From contig JAQGDQ010000944.1 of assembly GCA_030141605.1 (NCBI GenBank), forward strand, positions 1 to 64,000: a stretch of 64,000 nt of DNA. Direction: 5' to 3'. Made by a program: the position numbers and the translations under genes. Of the stretch, positions 39,430 to 54,260 are shown in pieces. This DNA comes from Tubiluchus corallicola. Taxonomy: Eukaryota; Animalia; Priapulida. Each line of letters opens with the position of its first letter. Position 1 is the stretch's first letter. The notes below the pieces were generated by a model. It made no database searches. It saw nothing but the letters and a program-made list of their open reading frames with translations, and was not told where the DNA came from.

Positions 39430-39630
39430 TTGAACCACTGAACCAGCAGATGTGTCTTAACCACGCTTGAGCGTGAATAGGCTTAGCTCCTCCCTCACAT
39501 AGATAAATAGCCATGGGAGCAATGGTAAATAAAAGCAGTTGGCTGAGTATTGAACCCACAGTCACCAATTCGTTCCCTGACCAGGGTCGGCATTGTTTAA
39601 CTTTGGTGACTAAGCACTGTCTAACCACTT
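39430..39630 (-). mobile_element. Possible degraded 5S rRNA-related SINE
   Basis: Minus strand TCACCAAAGTTAAACAATGCCGACCCTGGTCAGGGAACGAATTGGTGAC loosely resembles the 5S internal control region. Confidence 0.3.
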
Positions 39631-39701
39631 CAATAACTGTCTAACCACTTCAATGACTAACCGAATACCATAAAGCAAAAATAAAGAAAAACTGCTCAAA
39701 C

Positions 39702-39862
39702 CTTGATGACATCAGTTCTTCCCCTTTCAAATCTCTCTCCCTCTTTAGGTAACACCATCTCCGCTGTACTTCCATTCTCACCAAAAACAGTCATGGTGAT
39801 GACGGAATCCGTTCCTGCATCTTTAACATCACCGGTAATGATGGTCAGTTCGTATGGAATAA
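39702..39862 (-). CDS. LOXHD1: LOXHD1-like exon (IPYELTIITGDVKDAGTDSVITMTVFGENG...RFERGRTDVIK)
   Basis: PLAT N-terminal half; 161 nt, phase 1/0; joins in frame to exon 61849-62038. Confidence 0.88.
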
Positions 39863-40689
39863 CTGTAAAAAAACTTTTTCAATAAGACACACTCAATAAA
39901 AGTGAAAAGATGGAAAATTACAGCAAAGTAAACAGTTTGAGGAGAATTTTATGTGCATACCTTACATATATGCGTTTCCTTTAAATCTAAATTAAACCTT
40001 GCTTATATAGTTTAAACACTACAACTTTATTAGAGCTTTTAATTTATGTAGTTAAAAAAATCATGTAGAGCAACAGAAGAGAAATTGATACAGTAAATTA
40101 TGCACTAATCATGTATTATAAATACATAATTTTGTAATACATAATTAGTACATAAGTGGATAGTTTACTGTATCAATTTGTTTTCTACTGGTCTGTTTTT
40201 TCATTACTTATTTGGCTTTTGTAAATACATAATTAGTGCACAATTTACTGTATCAATTTCTTTTCTTCAGGTCGGTTAGGGTTTTTCTTGATGTATTTTG
40301 GACCTACTTTATACATTTTATAATTTTACGTGAATTTATTATGTTAGTGGTATGTGATGTTAGAATTGTACCTATTGTAAAGTGTGCTAGAGCACATAGA
40401 TATGGAGCTATGGAAAAGTAGAATAAACTTAAATTTAAACCATGTTTTCCAGGCAAACTGGCCACGATATAAACGCTAAGTGATGAAGGTTTCAAAAAAT
40501 GTTATTGTACGATTTTAATTTCTGTGAACACGTAGCATCAGAAAGCCAAAATACAAAGAAAAACCCAAAAACACTCGGAACACGAAGGCAAAGTATCATT
40601 ACTAACCACATCACTATTAAATTTGGTAAATGTATATGGAACCTTGTGAAATTTAATATAATATTTAATTGCTGGAGTGTTTTAATGTA

Positions 40690-40985
40690 CAACTGTTTGT
40701 GGTGTCTTCCTAAGAAAAGGTTCAACAACAATATTGTCATAACTAAACAACAACGTATGTTTTAATCAGTTAAATATCATGTCAGTGACATAACTGTTTG
40801 TGGTGTCTTCGTAAGAAAAGCGTCAACAGCAATATTGTCATAACTAAACAACTACATATGTTACTCAATTAAATGACATGTTAAGGCATAACTGTTTGTG
40901 GTGTCTTGCTAAGAAAAGCGCCAACAGTTCTATTGTCATTACTAAACAATTACGTATGTGTTAACCAATTAAATATCATATTAAA
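40690..40985. repeat. ~98-bp tandem x3
   Basis: AACTGTTTGTGGTGTCTT...AAGAAAAG recurs three times. Confidence 0.85.
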
Positions 40986-42094
40986 CTAAGAAGCTTTTTA
41001 AAAATAAACTGTTACGGTCAAAGTTTAAAATATTTTCGCTCATTTACATCAATTAAGTCACATGAGAATTAATGTATTAAAAGCAAAATATGAAACGCAT
41101 TTTTTAAACTATGTAATTTCTAAATCAGATTCTATGTCCCGGTATTTCTAATGCTCCCAGTGTGCAATATTTTTGCCTTTATCTTATTTTGTGGACCCTT
41201 CGGAAATAACTAATAGTTTTGTGATTGTTGGTTAAAGTGTTATCCACGTTAAATAAAGAATTATAATAATAATAATTGGCGATGAATTCATAAATCTTAG
41301 CATAAACAATATTGAACAGATGATGTTTCATCGATAAATTACTATTTTAGAAAAGTCATTGTCAATCCAAAGCATCTCTAGTGAATAAATGTTTGCATCA
41401 TTTTATCGATAGTGCCTATGTAACTGCACGTATTGATGAGTGCTGCCATCTGGCGAACAATGGCAGAGTTTTCTTCGGCAAGGAATAACTGACGAAGAAT
41501 GCTTGAGATGGCTGTTACTTGGAGAAGGAAAAAACCCTGCAGGCTGCCTATTGAAGGATATAATGGTCAAGCCTACTGAAGGACATAATGGTCAAAAGAA
41601 GAAGCATTGTGAATGTTGAACTTTAAAGCTGAAAAGTAATATATATTTAACTCTGCATAACGGCGGTATATAACATTCATAAACCCAAATTTTGTTTTGC
41701 GGTGCTGAAGCATTCGTACAAGCATGTGCATACTTCAGCGTTTTTGAGTAGAAAATTAGCCTACTAGTACAATATACGTTGCTATTCGCCCTGATATAAA
41801 AAGGATTTAGGCACCGGACGGATGGATGGACAGTACCGTACCAAGCAACCTACTTGTATGACGTTCGACAGGACAGTGATTGCAGATACAGTACATGCAT
41901 CACAAATAACTTGCGAGAACGTAGACTGTTTAACAAACTTCGGTACACTGACAGTCAAACTATACTACGCACTATTGTAGGCGTTAATGTTTCGAAAACT
42001 GCCATTGTTGTAGGCGTAATTGTCTACGCAATAATTACTGTTGTTGCAACGTAAATAGAAAAATGATGCAGTAAGGAAAGGATGATAATAACCA

Positions 42095-42156
42095 TTAGCA
42101 AAATCAGAATTTTCTTTCGGATTATTTAGTGGCCCTGAAAAGGGCCGGTTGGTTTT
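42095..42156 (-). terminator. H2A 3' stem-loop plus downstream element
   Basis: GGCCCTTTTCAGGGCC (42131-42146), then GAAAGAAAATTCTGATTTTGCT. Confidence 0.92.
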
Positions 42157-42181
42157 ATTGGTTTGCAACGAAGATCATCAT

Positions 42182-42601
<420 letters not shown>

Positions 42602-42639
42602 TTAAACGTAGAATGAGACGCAATATAACAAGTGAAACG

Positions 42640-42822
42640 AAGGCTTTTATACCTACCCGTGGATTAACAGGCACACTTTTCTAAACCAATAGCGCAACAG
42701 ATGTTAGCAAACAGCCAATGGCAGTCAAGCTGGATGGATGATAAGAATAACGACCGTGTTTGCTGGTGAGGAAAGCTTGCGCAGTCAATCCGATGTTCAA
42801 TCCGGGTCAGCATATATAAGCA
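42640..42822. promoter_or_regulatory. Bidirectional H2A/H2B promoter
   Basis: TATAAAA on minus at ~42645, CCAAT at ~42686 and ~42716, TATATAAG at ~42813. Confidence 0.75.
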
Positions 42823-42901
42823 GCGCAGTTGTCACGCCTGGCATTCAATCACTGATCTTAGTTGAAGTGTTTGTTACGTAGCGTTTATATTCAGAAGAAA
42901 G

Positions 42902-43270
42902 ATGCCTCCTAAACCAAGTGGAAAAGCTGCGAAGAAAGCTGGCAAAGCCCAGAAGAGACCAACTTCTGACAAGAAGAGGAAGCGAAAGAGAAAGGAAAGC
43001 TACAGCATTTACATCTACAAGGTGTTGAAGCAAGTTCACCCAGATACTGGAATCTCTAGCAAAGCTATGAGCATCATGAACAGTTTCGTCAATGATCTGT
43101 TCGAGAGAATCTCTGGAGAAGCTTCCCGTCTTGCTCATTACAACAAACGTTCCACCATCACAAGCAGAGAGATCCAGACTGCTGTGCGTCTTCTTCTTCC
43201 AGGAGAGTTGGCTAAGCACGCTGTGAGTGAAGGAACCAAGGCAGTGACCAAATACACCAGCTCCAAGTAA
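42902..43270 (+). CDS. H2B: Histone H2B, canonical
   Basis: [28 protein letters not shown]...AVTKYTSSK. Confidence 0.98.
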   Translation: MPPKPSGKAAKKAGKAQKRPTSDKKRKRKRKESYSIYIYKVLKQVHPDTGISSKAMSIMNSFVNDLFERISGEASRLAHYNKRSTITSREIQTAVRLLLPGELAKHAVSEGTKAVTKYTSSK

Positions 43271-43293
43271 ACTGCTGAAATGATTCTACCAAT

Positions 43294-43355
43294 AAAACCA
43301 ACCGGCCCTTTTCAGGGCCATCATACCTATCCGAGAGAAAATTCTGATTTTGCTA
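43294..43355 (+). terminator. H2B 3' stem-loop plus downstream element
   Basis: GGCCCTTTTCAGGGCC at 43304-43319; CCGAGAGAAAATTCTGATTTTGCT. Confidence 0.92.
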
Positions 43356-43958
43356 AATAAATCACTGACTTGTAGGAATCACGTGTCGCCAAATATGATT
43401 TATCAAACTGACAAAATTTGGTTTGATAGTAAACATACTGTGAAAACTGATTATTATTTGGTGATAAAAACAATTCACGATAAATTATGTTCGTTACAAG
43501 GGATTTATCGTTTTAGTCGGATTGAATCAACTTTCCGAGGTGTGAACACGGTTTTTGACATTTTCTTGGGTACCAGACAAGGTAGAATATTAGAACTGAA
43601 CCATCATTGACACCCATTTCCCAAATATGATTTACCTGCATAACCCACCTATTTTTCCACTAAATGAACTATAAACTTTTCAACTGTCTATGATACGATG
43701 CGTCTGTTTAACGACTAAAATGTCCATTCTTGAATTTTTATTTTGCAACGAGAGTAGAAAGTGCTAACAAACAGATTTTTGTCTACATATCACGATTAAT
43801 TTTACAAAAATTGAGCCTATGTGGCAAGTTTAGCGTCTTTCGTGCAATTTTATTCCACACTGTTTAAGATACAGCATTCAAATACTCAACTAGAACAAAT
43901 ACAATACAACTATCAATTTATTTACACAGCATAGAGGGCGTATGCTATGCAGTTCATC

Positions 43959-44657
43959 CATGGGCGTAGCCAGGTTCTAAAATGAGGGGGAGCAAGCACA
44001 TAAAAAGGGCGCAGCGACACATGAAGCAATGTCTATCGCTCTATATACTATAATAATTAGATGCCACTGAGTGCACGTAAGCCTGTAGCGTCGTCTCTTG
44101 TTTCTGTATCAGAACCCCTTGCCCCCCCCCCCTATTAGCTACGCCACTGAGTGCACGTAACCGTGTAGCGTCGTCTCTTGTTTTTGTACCAGAACCGCTT
44201 GCTCCCCGCCCCCCCCATTAGCTACGCCACTGAGTACACGTAAGCCTGTAGCGTCGTCTCTTGTTTCTGTATCAGAACCCCTTGCTCCCCCCTATTAGCT
44301 ACGCCACTGAGTGCACGTAAGCGTGTAGCGTCGTCTCTTGTTTCTGCATCAGAACCCCTTGCTCCCCCCCCATTAGCTACGCCACTGAGTGCACGTAAGT
44401 CTGTAGCGTCGTTTTTCTGTATCAGAACCCCTTGCTCCCCCCATTAGCTACGCCACTGAATGCACGTAAGCCTGTAGCGTCGTCTCTTGTTTCTGTATCA
44501 GAACCCCTTGCTCCCCCCTATTAGCTACACCACTGAGTGCACGTAAGCCTGTAGCGTCGTCTCTTGTTTCTGTATCAGAACCTCTTGCTCCCCCCTATTA
44601 GCTACGCCACTGAGTGCACGTGAGCCTGTAGCGTCGTCTCTTGTTTCTGTATCAGAA
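43959..44657. repeat. Small TIR element whose right end plus flank is tandemly amplified (~60-70-bp units, 8 or more copies)
   Basis: Left end CATGGGCGTAGC at ~43959; each unit carries the complementary end GCTACGCCACTG. Confidence 0.75.
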
Positions 44658-45929
44658 CAGCGACCCTCAGTCACAAACCAGTATTTTGGCGGGAGATTTA
44701 CGTGACTCAGAAATGACCTACCATCCAGTTTAGTTCCCTAGTTTTAGGTAGATCAGCAAAAACGTATTGCAGTAGGTAGTCAACGTAGAATGCGCCGTGT
44801 TTTAATGACGAAAATTCCGAATAAGAAACATCATATGAAAATTATACTGGGCTATGCATTGAAACGGACATTATCAATACTTTTTCGGGCCCGTAAAAGA
44901 TAAATTACGATATGAACAAGGCGCATAGGACCACCTACACATATGCAAATCGTAAATGGAAAATATTGTCTTCGCAAATTAACAAGAACATGATTAGTAG
45001 TGGTGCTACTGGATCGAAAACTTTGCTAAGTAATCGAATATTAAAGGATCACTTTTGTGTCTATGAATGTTATCATAATTGGAAATACAAAAATGTACTC
45101 TTTGGGTGCAAGCCAATATATCACCAATATCCGTGAGTGACCTGACGCCTAATAAACAAACAGTTGCAATGTAGCATAAAGTAATACTGCTGGCTGAGTG
45201 TACTTTCAACATCACATAAAGTAGCACTACTTATAGTGTAAACAAGTTCAGAATTTCAGGGCAACTAAATTTCAGCAAATATGCAAAAAAATGACTCCGT
45301 ATTCTTTGATTGTAAAGCATCAAGAACTAATAATGTTCCCAGATATGACATAAGTTGAAATAGCGTTTTCTGGTCTATAAGCACATGTTGTTCCAAAAAC
45401 TATGTAAAATAAGTAATGACACACGTTCTAACCGTACATGATTTTCACATTAATTACAAGTGCATCGAGTGAAATGTAAAAAGCTTCTAACTGAATTAAC
45501 AGTGTTAGTTCTCCATTTAAATATACGAAACAATCGAATATAGCAAGTATAAAGGCTTGAAAAGCTGCCCGAGTCCAGTATCGTTCTGAGCAATTTCGCT
45601 AGAGGCTTATAGAGTTTATTCATTGAACTTTTTGGGTGTTGGGAGCACAAATTTGGCACCCCCCCTCATCGGATATCACCGCGAGATCTCAGCAATCGAT
45701 TACTGACTTAAAGTAATCGCTACGTACTTGAAATTAGCATTATCGCCCACCATTAACGATTGCTTAAAGTGCATTGCTGTTAGTCATCTGCGACGATGAA
45801 AATATAACACTAACGTTAATGATTAGTAAAATGACGTGTTAATTGCAATAAGAAATGGAAACAACCTAACCGACTAAGTATAGTTTATTATTATGAGGAT
45901 ATTTTTCTGCAGAAATATCTCGTAATAAA

Positions 45930-45990
45930 AGCAAAATCAGAATTTTCTCTCGGATAGACATGGTGGCCCTGAAAAGGGCCGGTTGGTTTA
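45930..45990 (-). terminator. H3 3' stem-loop plus downstream element
   Basis: Stem-loop at 45965-45980; CCGAGAGAAAATTCTGATTTTGCT. Confidence 0.92.
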
Positions 45991-46009
45991 AAATGCAACA
46001 TCTGGTCAT

Positions 46010-46429
<420 letters not shown>

Positions 46430-46514
46430 TTACTTTCCTCAAAATATTAACTAGGATATACGTAAAATAAAAAACTAACAAAATTGTTTGATGTTGACGA
46501 ATTTTACCGCTGAA

Positions 46515-47192
<678 letters not shown>

Positions 47193-47211
47193 GAGCCGTC
47201 TTTAAAACTGC

Positions 47212-47273
47212 AAAACCAACCGGCCCTTTTCAGGGCCACCAAATATTTCTGAAAGGAAATTCTGATTTTGCTA
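47212..47273 (+). terminator. H4 3' stem-loop plus downstream element
   Basis: Stem-loop at 47222-47237; GAAAGGAAATTCTGATTTTGCT. Confidence 0.92.
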
Positions 47274-47826
47274 ATTTTCTCCATACACTAGTGCATGTAT
47301 GTTAAATTTCTGTTATTTTTATTTATTTGACCATTATTAAAATTACAATGAAACAGAAATGCGTACACATACTTTTCCACACTATGCTATTCGTTACCGT
47401 TTTCCATAAGTGAGACCTATAGGTATTTTGAGACAACTCAAGGGTGTTGATACGGTTGTCAGGTAACTGCGATACACACCACCTTATAATTTTCTAAAAT
47501 TATCACAGTAATGTAGTTTGGCCTTCAGCGGTATCGCTTTTAAAGTTTTACGTATTTTTTAAATAAAGGACGTCAAAACTCATTTTATGTGAAGCGGGTT
47601 AAAAAGCTATTAACTAGGCATTTGTGCACATTTGATAAACAAATATTTTACCTGTATGATAATCACAGTGATGCGGTTATATGTCCGCTAACAAAGCTAT
47701 ACTATTTAATTCAAAAATCTATGCATACAGTCGTAAATGAAATTTCCTATTGACATTAATTATCCGTCAAACAAATTTGCAATATTACTATAATTTAACG
47801 CGTACAGTGATCTATAAGGTGCATTT

Positions 47827-50786
47827 TCATGGCACTCGCACAAAAACTGCTCTTCTGTCTGAATTTCTCCACAAAGACAGCCTGCGCTCACGAGGTACAT
47901 TTGCCCAACGACCTGTTTCTATAGCTAGATTGTGTGATGAGACCCATATTCTTGTGATGATTATACGTTTGTGCTCAGGTAACTCTGTGCTCCCATACAT
48001 TGGATACACAGGCAAATTGGGATTTATTTCCAAATAAGTCTTGCATTTTGTACGATTAGATACTCGGACATGAGTCTTTCGTCTCTCTACATCTGTCTGT
48101 ACATGATCCGCTGTAGACATAACATTGTCTAAATCTTTGTATCCCTTTGTTCGTGTATCTTTACATAAATCCATACCAGCATAAACGGGTCGTCCGTCAT
48201 AGCGTGACGCTGGCTTACCAACTTCGAAACGAACTTTTTTTGTACGTTTTTTACACTCGCTTCAAGTGAGGGCATGCCAAGTTCTAGCAAGCACATATCG
48301 TTTGTTGTAGATGTACGAACCCCCAGTAGAGCTTTAACAGTAGTGCGGTACGGAACCTCGCCAATACGGGCACTGCCACATATCCAGGCTTCGCACCCAT
48401 AAAGTATAGACGAGAGCAATACAGATTCTAGCACCTTCCGTTTTATCCAAAATGGATAGTCAATGTTCTTGGATACAAAAGAGAAATTTCATCACGTGTG
48501 GCTGCTTGGATTTAAAATGTTCCCTAACAGCAGCATCGGGCGATCCATCTTGAGTAAAGACAACCCTCAAATAAGTGTAATCATTGCAATTCAGCACACA
48601 CACATTGTTAACTACAAGTTCCACTCAAGTCCGCTAGGGAACCGTTCACCATCATAAATTTTGTCGTCTCTACATTGATGACCATTCCTGATTCTTCACA
48701 AAATCCCAAAAGAAGAGAAAGTTTCTTTATGGCCTCATTTCTGGACGTGGCAAGCAGGACAGTATCATCCATAAGCAGTAAACAATGAACCCAACCAAGA
48801 AAGTCATCTATTCCACACTCGTGTTTAATTCGCCTCACAAACGGATTTAGGTACAAGGTAAAAAGAAACCACGATGTCGGGCTTCCGTGACGAAGACCAA
48901 TAGTTGCTATAATTGTAGCCGTTCCTAAAATCATCTGCGTATGTGAATATAAGGTACAAATAGCCGCTACCATGGTATATCCACATCCTAAAGCTGCCAA
49001 GGTAGTGATAATAGCACCACGAGGTACTCTGTCATACGCTTTGCTAAAGTCGACGTAGATTATGAAAAGCTTTTTCTTTTGGCACAGTGCGTAATCCATA
49101 AGTAACCGAAGGGTGAGTATGTGTTCCAAACACCCCCCCCCGCGGTCAGGGCAAAACCACTTTTGAAGGCGTTGACAAAGCATGGCATCGTACAATTTGG
49201 CGAAGGTGTCCATTATTGATATACCTCGATAATTGTCGCAGGACTGGCGACGTCCTTTCTTGAATATCACTATTAGCCGTGAAAAAGCCCAACTGGTGGG
49301 CACAATGGCACACCGAAACATTAACGTAAATATTGCCACTAAAAAGGCTAGCCACGCTTGGGGTAATATCTTGAGCACACCGGGTGGAACCCCCGACGGC
49401 CCAGGGCACCGGGTAGAACCCCCGACGGCCCAGGGCACCGGGTGGAACCTCCGACGGCCCAGGGCACCGGGTGGAACCCCCGACGGCCCACCACTGCGGT
49501 CCGACGTCATAGCGGTAATAACTTCACACATTTCAGACAATGTAAAATCATCGTCAGTAACAGGCATGTATGGCAAATTCATTGGCGGAACTAAAACTGA
49601 ATTTTGCTCGTAAGGGTTAAGCAGGCGTTCGAAATGATCCTTAAACTCTGAGACATTTGGGCGCGTCGCCGACAACCCCTCTTCATCTAAAGTACCCCTC
49701 CATCCGATGGCCTTCCAGATAGTTTTTGGATCGTTTTCAGTAGCCAACCTATGCCATCTATCGACAGCTAGTGGTTGAGTAGCATCTCCGCTTGTGTTAG
49801 CATTAAATAACTTTGCCTGGGAAATAAAAGCCCCAAAGGACTGATCGATTTCTCCAAATGTAGTATTTATATCCAGCGAGTCTGTTATAGGTGGTGGTCG
49901 GCAATTGTTAAACAACTGCTCGAGTTGGCCATGGTTTACGTCAGACCACCTTATCTGTTGGTGTAGCAACTTGTTCCCAGACGAAAATGTATATTCTCCA
50001 AGCAAACTTGCTCTTAATCTGAGATCTTCTGCATTGAAGACTTTATTATCTACCTTTTTTAGATCTAAATGAGCAATAACAGGTGCATGGTTTGAGGGCA
50101 AATCAGTATCCGTTACCACTGAAAAATTGTTTATAGCACCTATTAAATTATTTGTTACGTAAATATGGTCTAATTCAGATACCCAACGTTCCTTTCTACG
50201 AAATGTCATGTGGTTTGAAAATTGAAAACCGGTACCTGTCAGGCCATTTAGAACTGTAGTTTGATCACATAAGACTCCTTCCAACAACTTAGCATTTTCA
50301 TTGGGAGTGCGAGTATTATCCTCCAAGTTTACATAATAAAATGACTCTCCATTTCCTCTCAAAAAAACTGTTTCGCAATGAGGCATACCTCTAGCATTAT
50401 CATCTCCTAATATTATGTAATGCCCAGGGTTTAGCATTTACTACTGAGATTGTCTCTAGAGAAAAATAAGGCGATTCATGTGGTGGTAAATAATAAGAAA
50501 TAAATGTAATAGGTATATTACGAAAGCTAAAAATTATCATATCAGTATTAGCACAGTCTACACGTGTCAAATCTGAATTTAGCCGCTTACGAACGAGTAA
50601 TGCACAGCCGCCACGATGACGATTTTTACCTGAACTAGTATAAGTTTTATATCCAGGCAAATTAAAATTATGTTGAGTTTTAATTTCATTCAAACATACG
50701 ATGTCACACGTTAACAATAATTCTTTATCAGACTGGTTTTCTAATTTATTACATACAGCATTTATATTGCAAGTTAAAATTTTCAT
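47827..50786 (-). pseudogene. LINE ORF2 (apurinic endonuclease plus reverse transcriptase), frameshifted
   Basis: MKILTCNINA, CLNEIK, LGDDNAR, ELDH and SNHAPV (APE); NYRGIS, YVDFSKAYDRV, LRHGSPTS and LLMDD (RT); SSHNLAIETGRW C-terminus; at least 3 frameshifts. Confidence 0.9.
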
Positions 50787-50854
50787 GGAAGAACAGCCCT
50801 GCTCGCTATTTAAAAATGTGCAAGGAAACGGTCTATAACTACCCCGTCCTTTAA

Positions 50855-51300
50855 CCCTTTCATACCCGTTGTATCCCGTGGGATGCGAAAATATTTTCTG
50901 CCTTTAAAATTAACAAAATTTTAAAACTGACTCATTTGATCTGCTAATAGTTATTTTTATTTAAGCCAATAACAATAGATTAAAAATGGTGATAAAATGG
51001 CAAACTAGAAAATCTACATAGCATAAAAAACTGCGCAAGGTACGGTACGTTAGAGACGACTTTGTACAGATCAGCATAGCATGCATACTAAATGTCTTAA
51101 ATACTTTAAAAAATTATCAGCAGTTACAAAATGAAGCACATTTTATGCTTCCATTGAATCCCAATGTATCCCGTGGGAGACAGGCTATATTTAGCACGCG
51201 GGCACAGGTAGAAAATGTGTAAACAAGATGGACATACTGAACAAAAGTACCAAGCCCAAAAAATTTATCTTATTAAAAAAATAATTTGGGACTGAAAGGG
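50855..51300 (+). mobile_element. piggyBac-like MITE family B inserted in LINE ORF1
   Basis: Perfect ttaa|CCCTTTCA...TGAAAGGG|ttaa. Confidence 0.9.
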
Positions 51301-51460
51301 TTAACAACACTAGTGCAACCTGCATTTTCTGGTTTTTGCTTCTCACTTGTTTCGGCGTCAAAAAGGCGTCTCCATTCTTTTCTCAGGGCGGGGTGTTGGT
51401 CCTTCTATATTTTTATAGACGCCAGAAATGCATCGCCAGCTAACTCGCTTTTCTTTTTTA

Positions 51461-52860
51461 GCACCTCTTTTCTGTTGGCTTCACTGCTTAACGTAACTAG
51501 CACCTCTTTTCTGTTGGCTTCACTACTTAACGTAACTAGCACCTCTTTTCTGTTGGCTTCACTGCTTAACGTAACTCGCACCTCTTTTCTGTTGGCTTCA
51601 CTGCTTAACGTAACTCGCACCTCTTTTCTGTTGGCTTCACTGCTTAACGTAACTCGCACCTCTTTTCTGTTGGCTTCACTGCTTAACGTAACTAGCACCT
51701 CTTTTCTGTTGGCTTCACGGCTTAACGTAACTAGCACCTCTTTTCTGTTGGCTTCACGGCTTAACGTAACTAGCACCTCTTTTCTGTTGGCTTCACTACT
51801 TAACGTAACTAGCACCTCTTTTCTGTTGGCTTCACTGCTTAACGTAACTAGCACCTCTTTTCTGTTGGCTTCACTGCTTAACGTAACTAGCACCTCTTTT
51901 CTGTTGGCTTCACTGCTTAACGTAACTAGCACCTCTTTTCTGTTGGCTTCACTGCTTAACGTAACTAGCACCTCTTTTCTGTTGGCTTCACTGTTTAACG
52001 TAACTAGCACCTCTTTTCTGTTGGCTTCACTGTTTAACGTAACTAGCACCTCTTTTCTGTTGGCTTCACTGCTTAACGTAACTAGCACCTCTTTTCTGTT
52101 GGTTTCACTGCTTAACGTAACTAGCACCTCTTTTCTGTTGGCTTCACTGTTTAACGTAACTCGCACCTCTTTTCTGTTGGCTTCACTGTTTAACGTAACT
52201 AGCACCTCTTTTCTGTTGGCTTCACTGTTTAACGTAACTAGCACCTCTTTTCTGTTGGCTTCACTGCTTAACGTAACTAGCACCTCTTTTCTGTTGGCTT
52301 CACTGCTTAACGTAACTAGCACCTCTTTTCTGTTGGCTTCACTGTTTAACGTAACTAGCACCTCTTTTCTGTTGGCTTCACTGCTTAACGTAACTAGCAC
52401 CTCTTTTCTGTTGGCTTCACTGCTTAACGTAACTAGCACCTCTTTTCTGTTGGCTTCACTGCTTAACGTAACTAGCACCTCTTTTCTGTTGGCTTCACTG
52501 TTTAACGTAACTAGCACCTCTATTCTGTTGGCTTCACTGCTTAACGTAACTAGCACCTCTTTCTGTTGGCTTCACTGCTTAACGTAACTAGCACCTCTTT
52601 TCTGTTGGCTTCACTGCTTAACGTAACTAGCACCTCTTTTCTGTTGGCTTCACTGTTTAACGTAACTCGCACCTCTTTTCTGTTGGCTTCACTGCTTAAC
52701 GTAACTAGCACCTCTTTTCTGTTGGCTTCACTGCTTAACGTAACTAGCACCTCTTTTCTGTTGGCTTCACTGTTTAACGTAACTAGCACCTCTATTCTGT
52801 TGGCTTCACTGTTTAACGTAACTAGCACCTCTTTTCTGTTGGCTTCACTGCTTAACGTAA
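51461..52860. repeat. 39-bp tandem array (~36 copies) amplified from LINE ORF1 coding sequence
   Basis: Unit encodes VTLSSEANRKEVL and runs into KKKSELAGDAF; 1-nt deletion near 52560. Confidence 0.95.
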
Positions 52861-53011
52861 CGAGGAGTTCCGTTGTCTTTTGCCTTTCCTAATCGGCCAT
52901 TTGCAAATTCAAAATTTATCTCAGGGCAGATTTTTCGAAAAACGAAGACAAGTTTATCCCTATCAGTAGATGCGCCTTGAACGTCAAGGCCATTTTCTGG
53001 TAGACCTAAAG

Positions 53012-53493
53012 CAGGGGTGTGCAAATTATCTGACTAGCCGGGCCACATTAAACTTTCCCGCAATTCCTGTGGGCCACAGGCAGTTTGATCAAGAAGCCAA
53101 GTACAGAAAGGCCTAATAACGATTTTTTTGCATCCGACCTGCGTACATCATTACTACTACACTCAAGAAACTATTTTAGAAGTTATTAAAATTTATATTA
53201 CAAACCACATGTTTCTACTTTCGGGACAGATAGTGATAATTTCATTACAAAGCATATTAGTAATGTGTATCACACAGTCTGTGTAGTACAGTGTTATTAA
53301 GCTACAACTGTCTTGTAAGGGTTAATGGCATCCGATCTAGTAGAAAAAACTACCCGCACTATCTTTGGTATCGTGGCACAGACTTCAGCTGGATACACTC
53401 AATTAATCGCCCGAGCCGCACTTTCATTAGGTTGACAAATCTCTTCGCGGGCCACACAAATTCTCTCGGCGGGCCGCAATTTGCACACCCCTG
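53012..53493. mobile_element. hAT (Charlie-like) MITE inserted in LINE ORF1
   Basis: Perfect 16-bp TIR CAGGGGTGTGCAAATT / AATTTGCACACCCCTG; imperfect 8-bp TSD; splits KNIVIL-GLPE. Confidence 0.85.
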
Positions 53494-53676
53494 CTCTAAA
53501 ATCACTATATTTTTGGCTCTGTCACGACTGTCAAGGCGCTCTAATTACATTTGCTGGCTTGAAACAGCATCTAGCAAAACACTAACAGTTTTTTTCCAAA
53601 GACGATGTGAGTTCTTTCTCGGCTACCAATTGTTGTCGTAATTGCGTCACGGATTCCTGTAAACTATCTAGCCTCT

Positions 53677-54260
53677 CTATGCGTTGCATAGTATTTTATC
53701 ATTACGCTTAATTTGACACGATTGCATATCTTTGTTTCATTATATTTTGTTTGAGTTTATTATACATATTTTGTTTCTTTCACTGATTTATTATTCATGT
53801 TTTTTTTTGTTTGACTTTTTTCTAGTTTTTTGTTTTAATCGTTTAGTTAAATGCTCTACATATTTTGTTAATCATCATTTCATATTTTTCATTTTATTTC
53901 TTTGTTGCATAGTTTATTTAGTTATTTCGCTTTCATGTTTAATGTATCCCCCCATAAATTCATGTTAACAGCAGCACCACAATTTTTTTACAATTTTCAC
54001 TAACCTGAGAAGGGTAGCTGACTCGATGACCAATTGGTCTTTCGCTACCCTTTCTCCTGCACCTCCCCCTTAACTCTTTCCTTTATGCTTAATTTATCCT
54101 TTTTAATCAATAACTAAAAAAATAATAGTCAATTTGTATACTGGTGTAAATGAGGAGATAAATAAAAATGTCTATGTCTATGTCTATGTCTATGTCTATG
54201 TCTATGTCTATGTCTATGTCTATGTCTATGTCTATGTCTATGTCTATGTCTATGTCTATG
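53677..54260 (+). mobile_element. Retroposon 3' fragment with (GTCTAT)n tail inserted in LINE ORF1
   Basis: Removing it restores LEKRMSE-RLDSLQESV; stem-loop at 54010-54052; tail at 54169-54260. Confidence 0.7.

Noticed and set aside
51286-52892. 433-aa and 383-aa repeat proteins
   Set aside because: Products of the 39-bp array inside a dead LINE ORF1 that also has stops, frameshifts and insertions.
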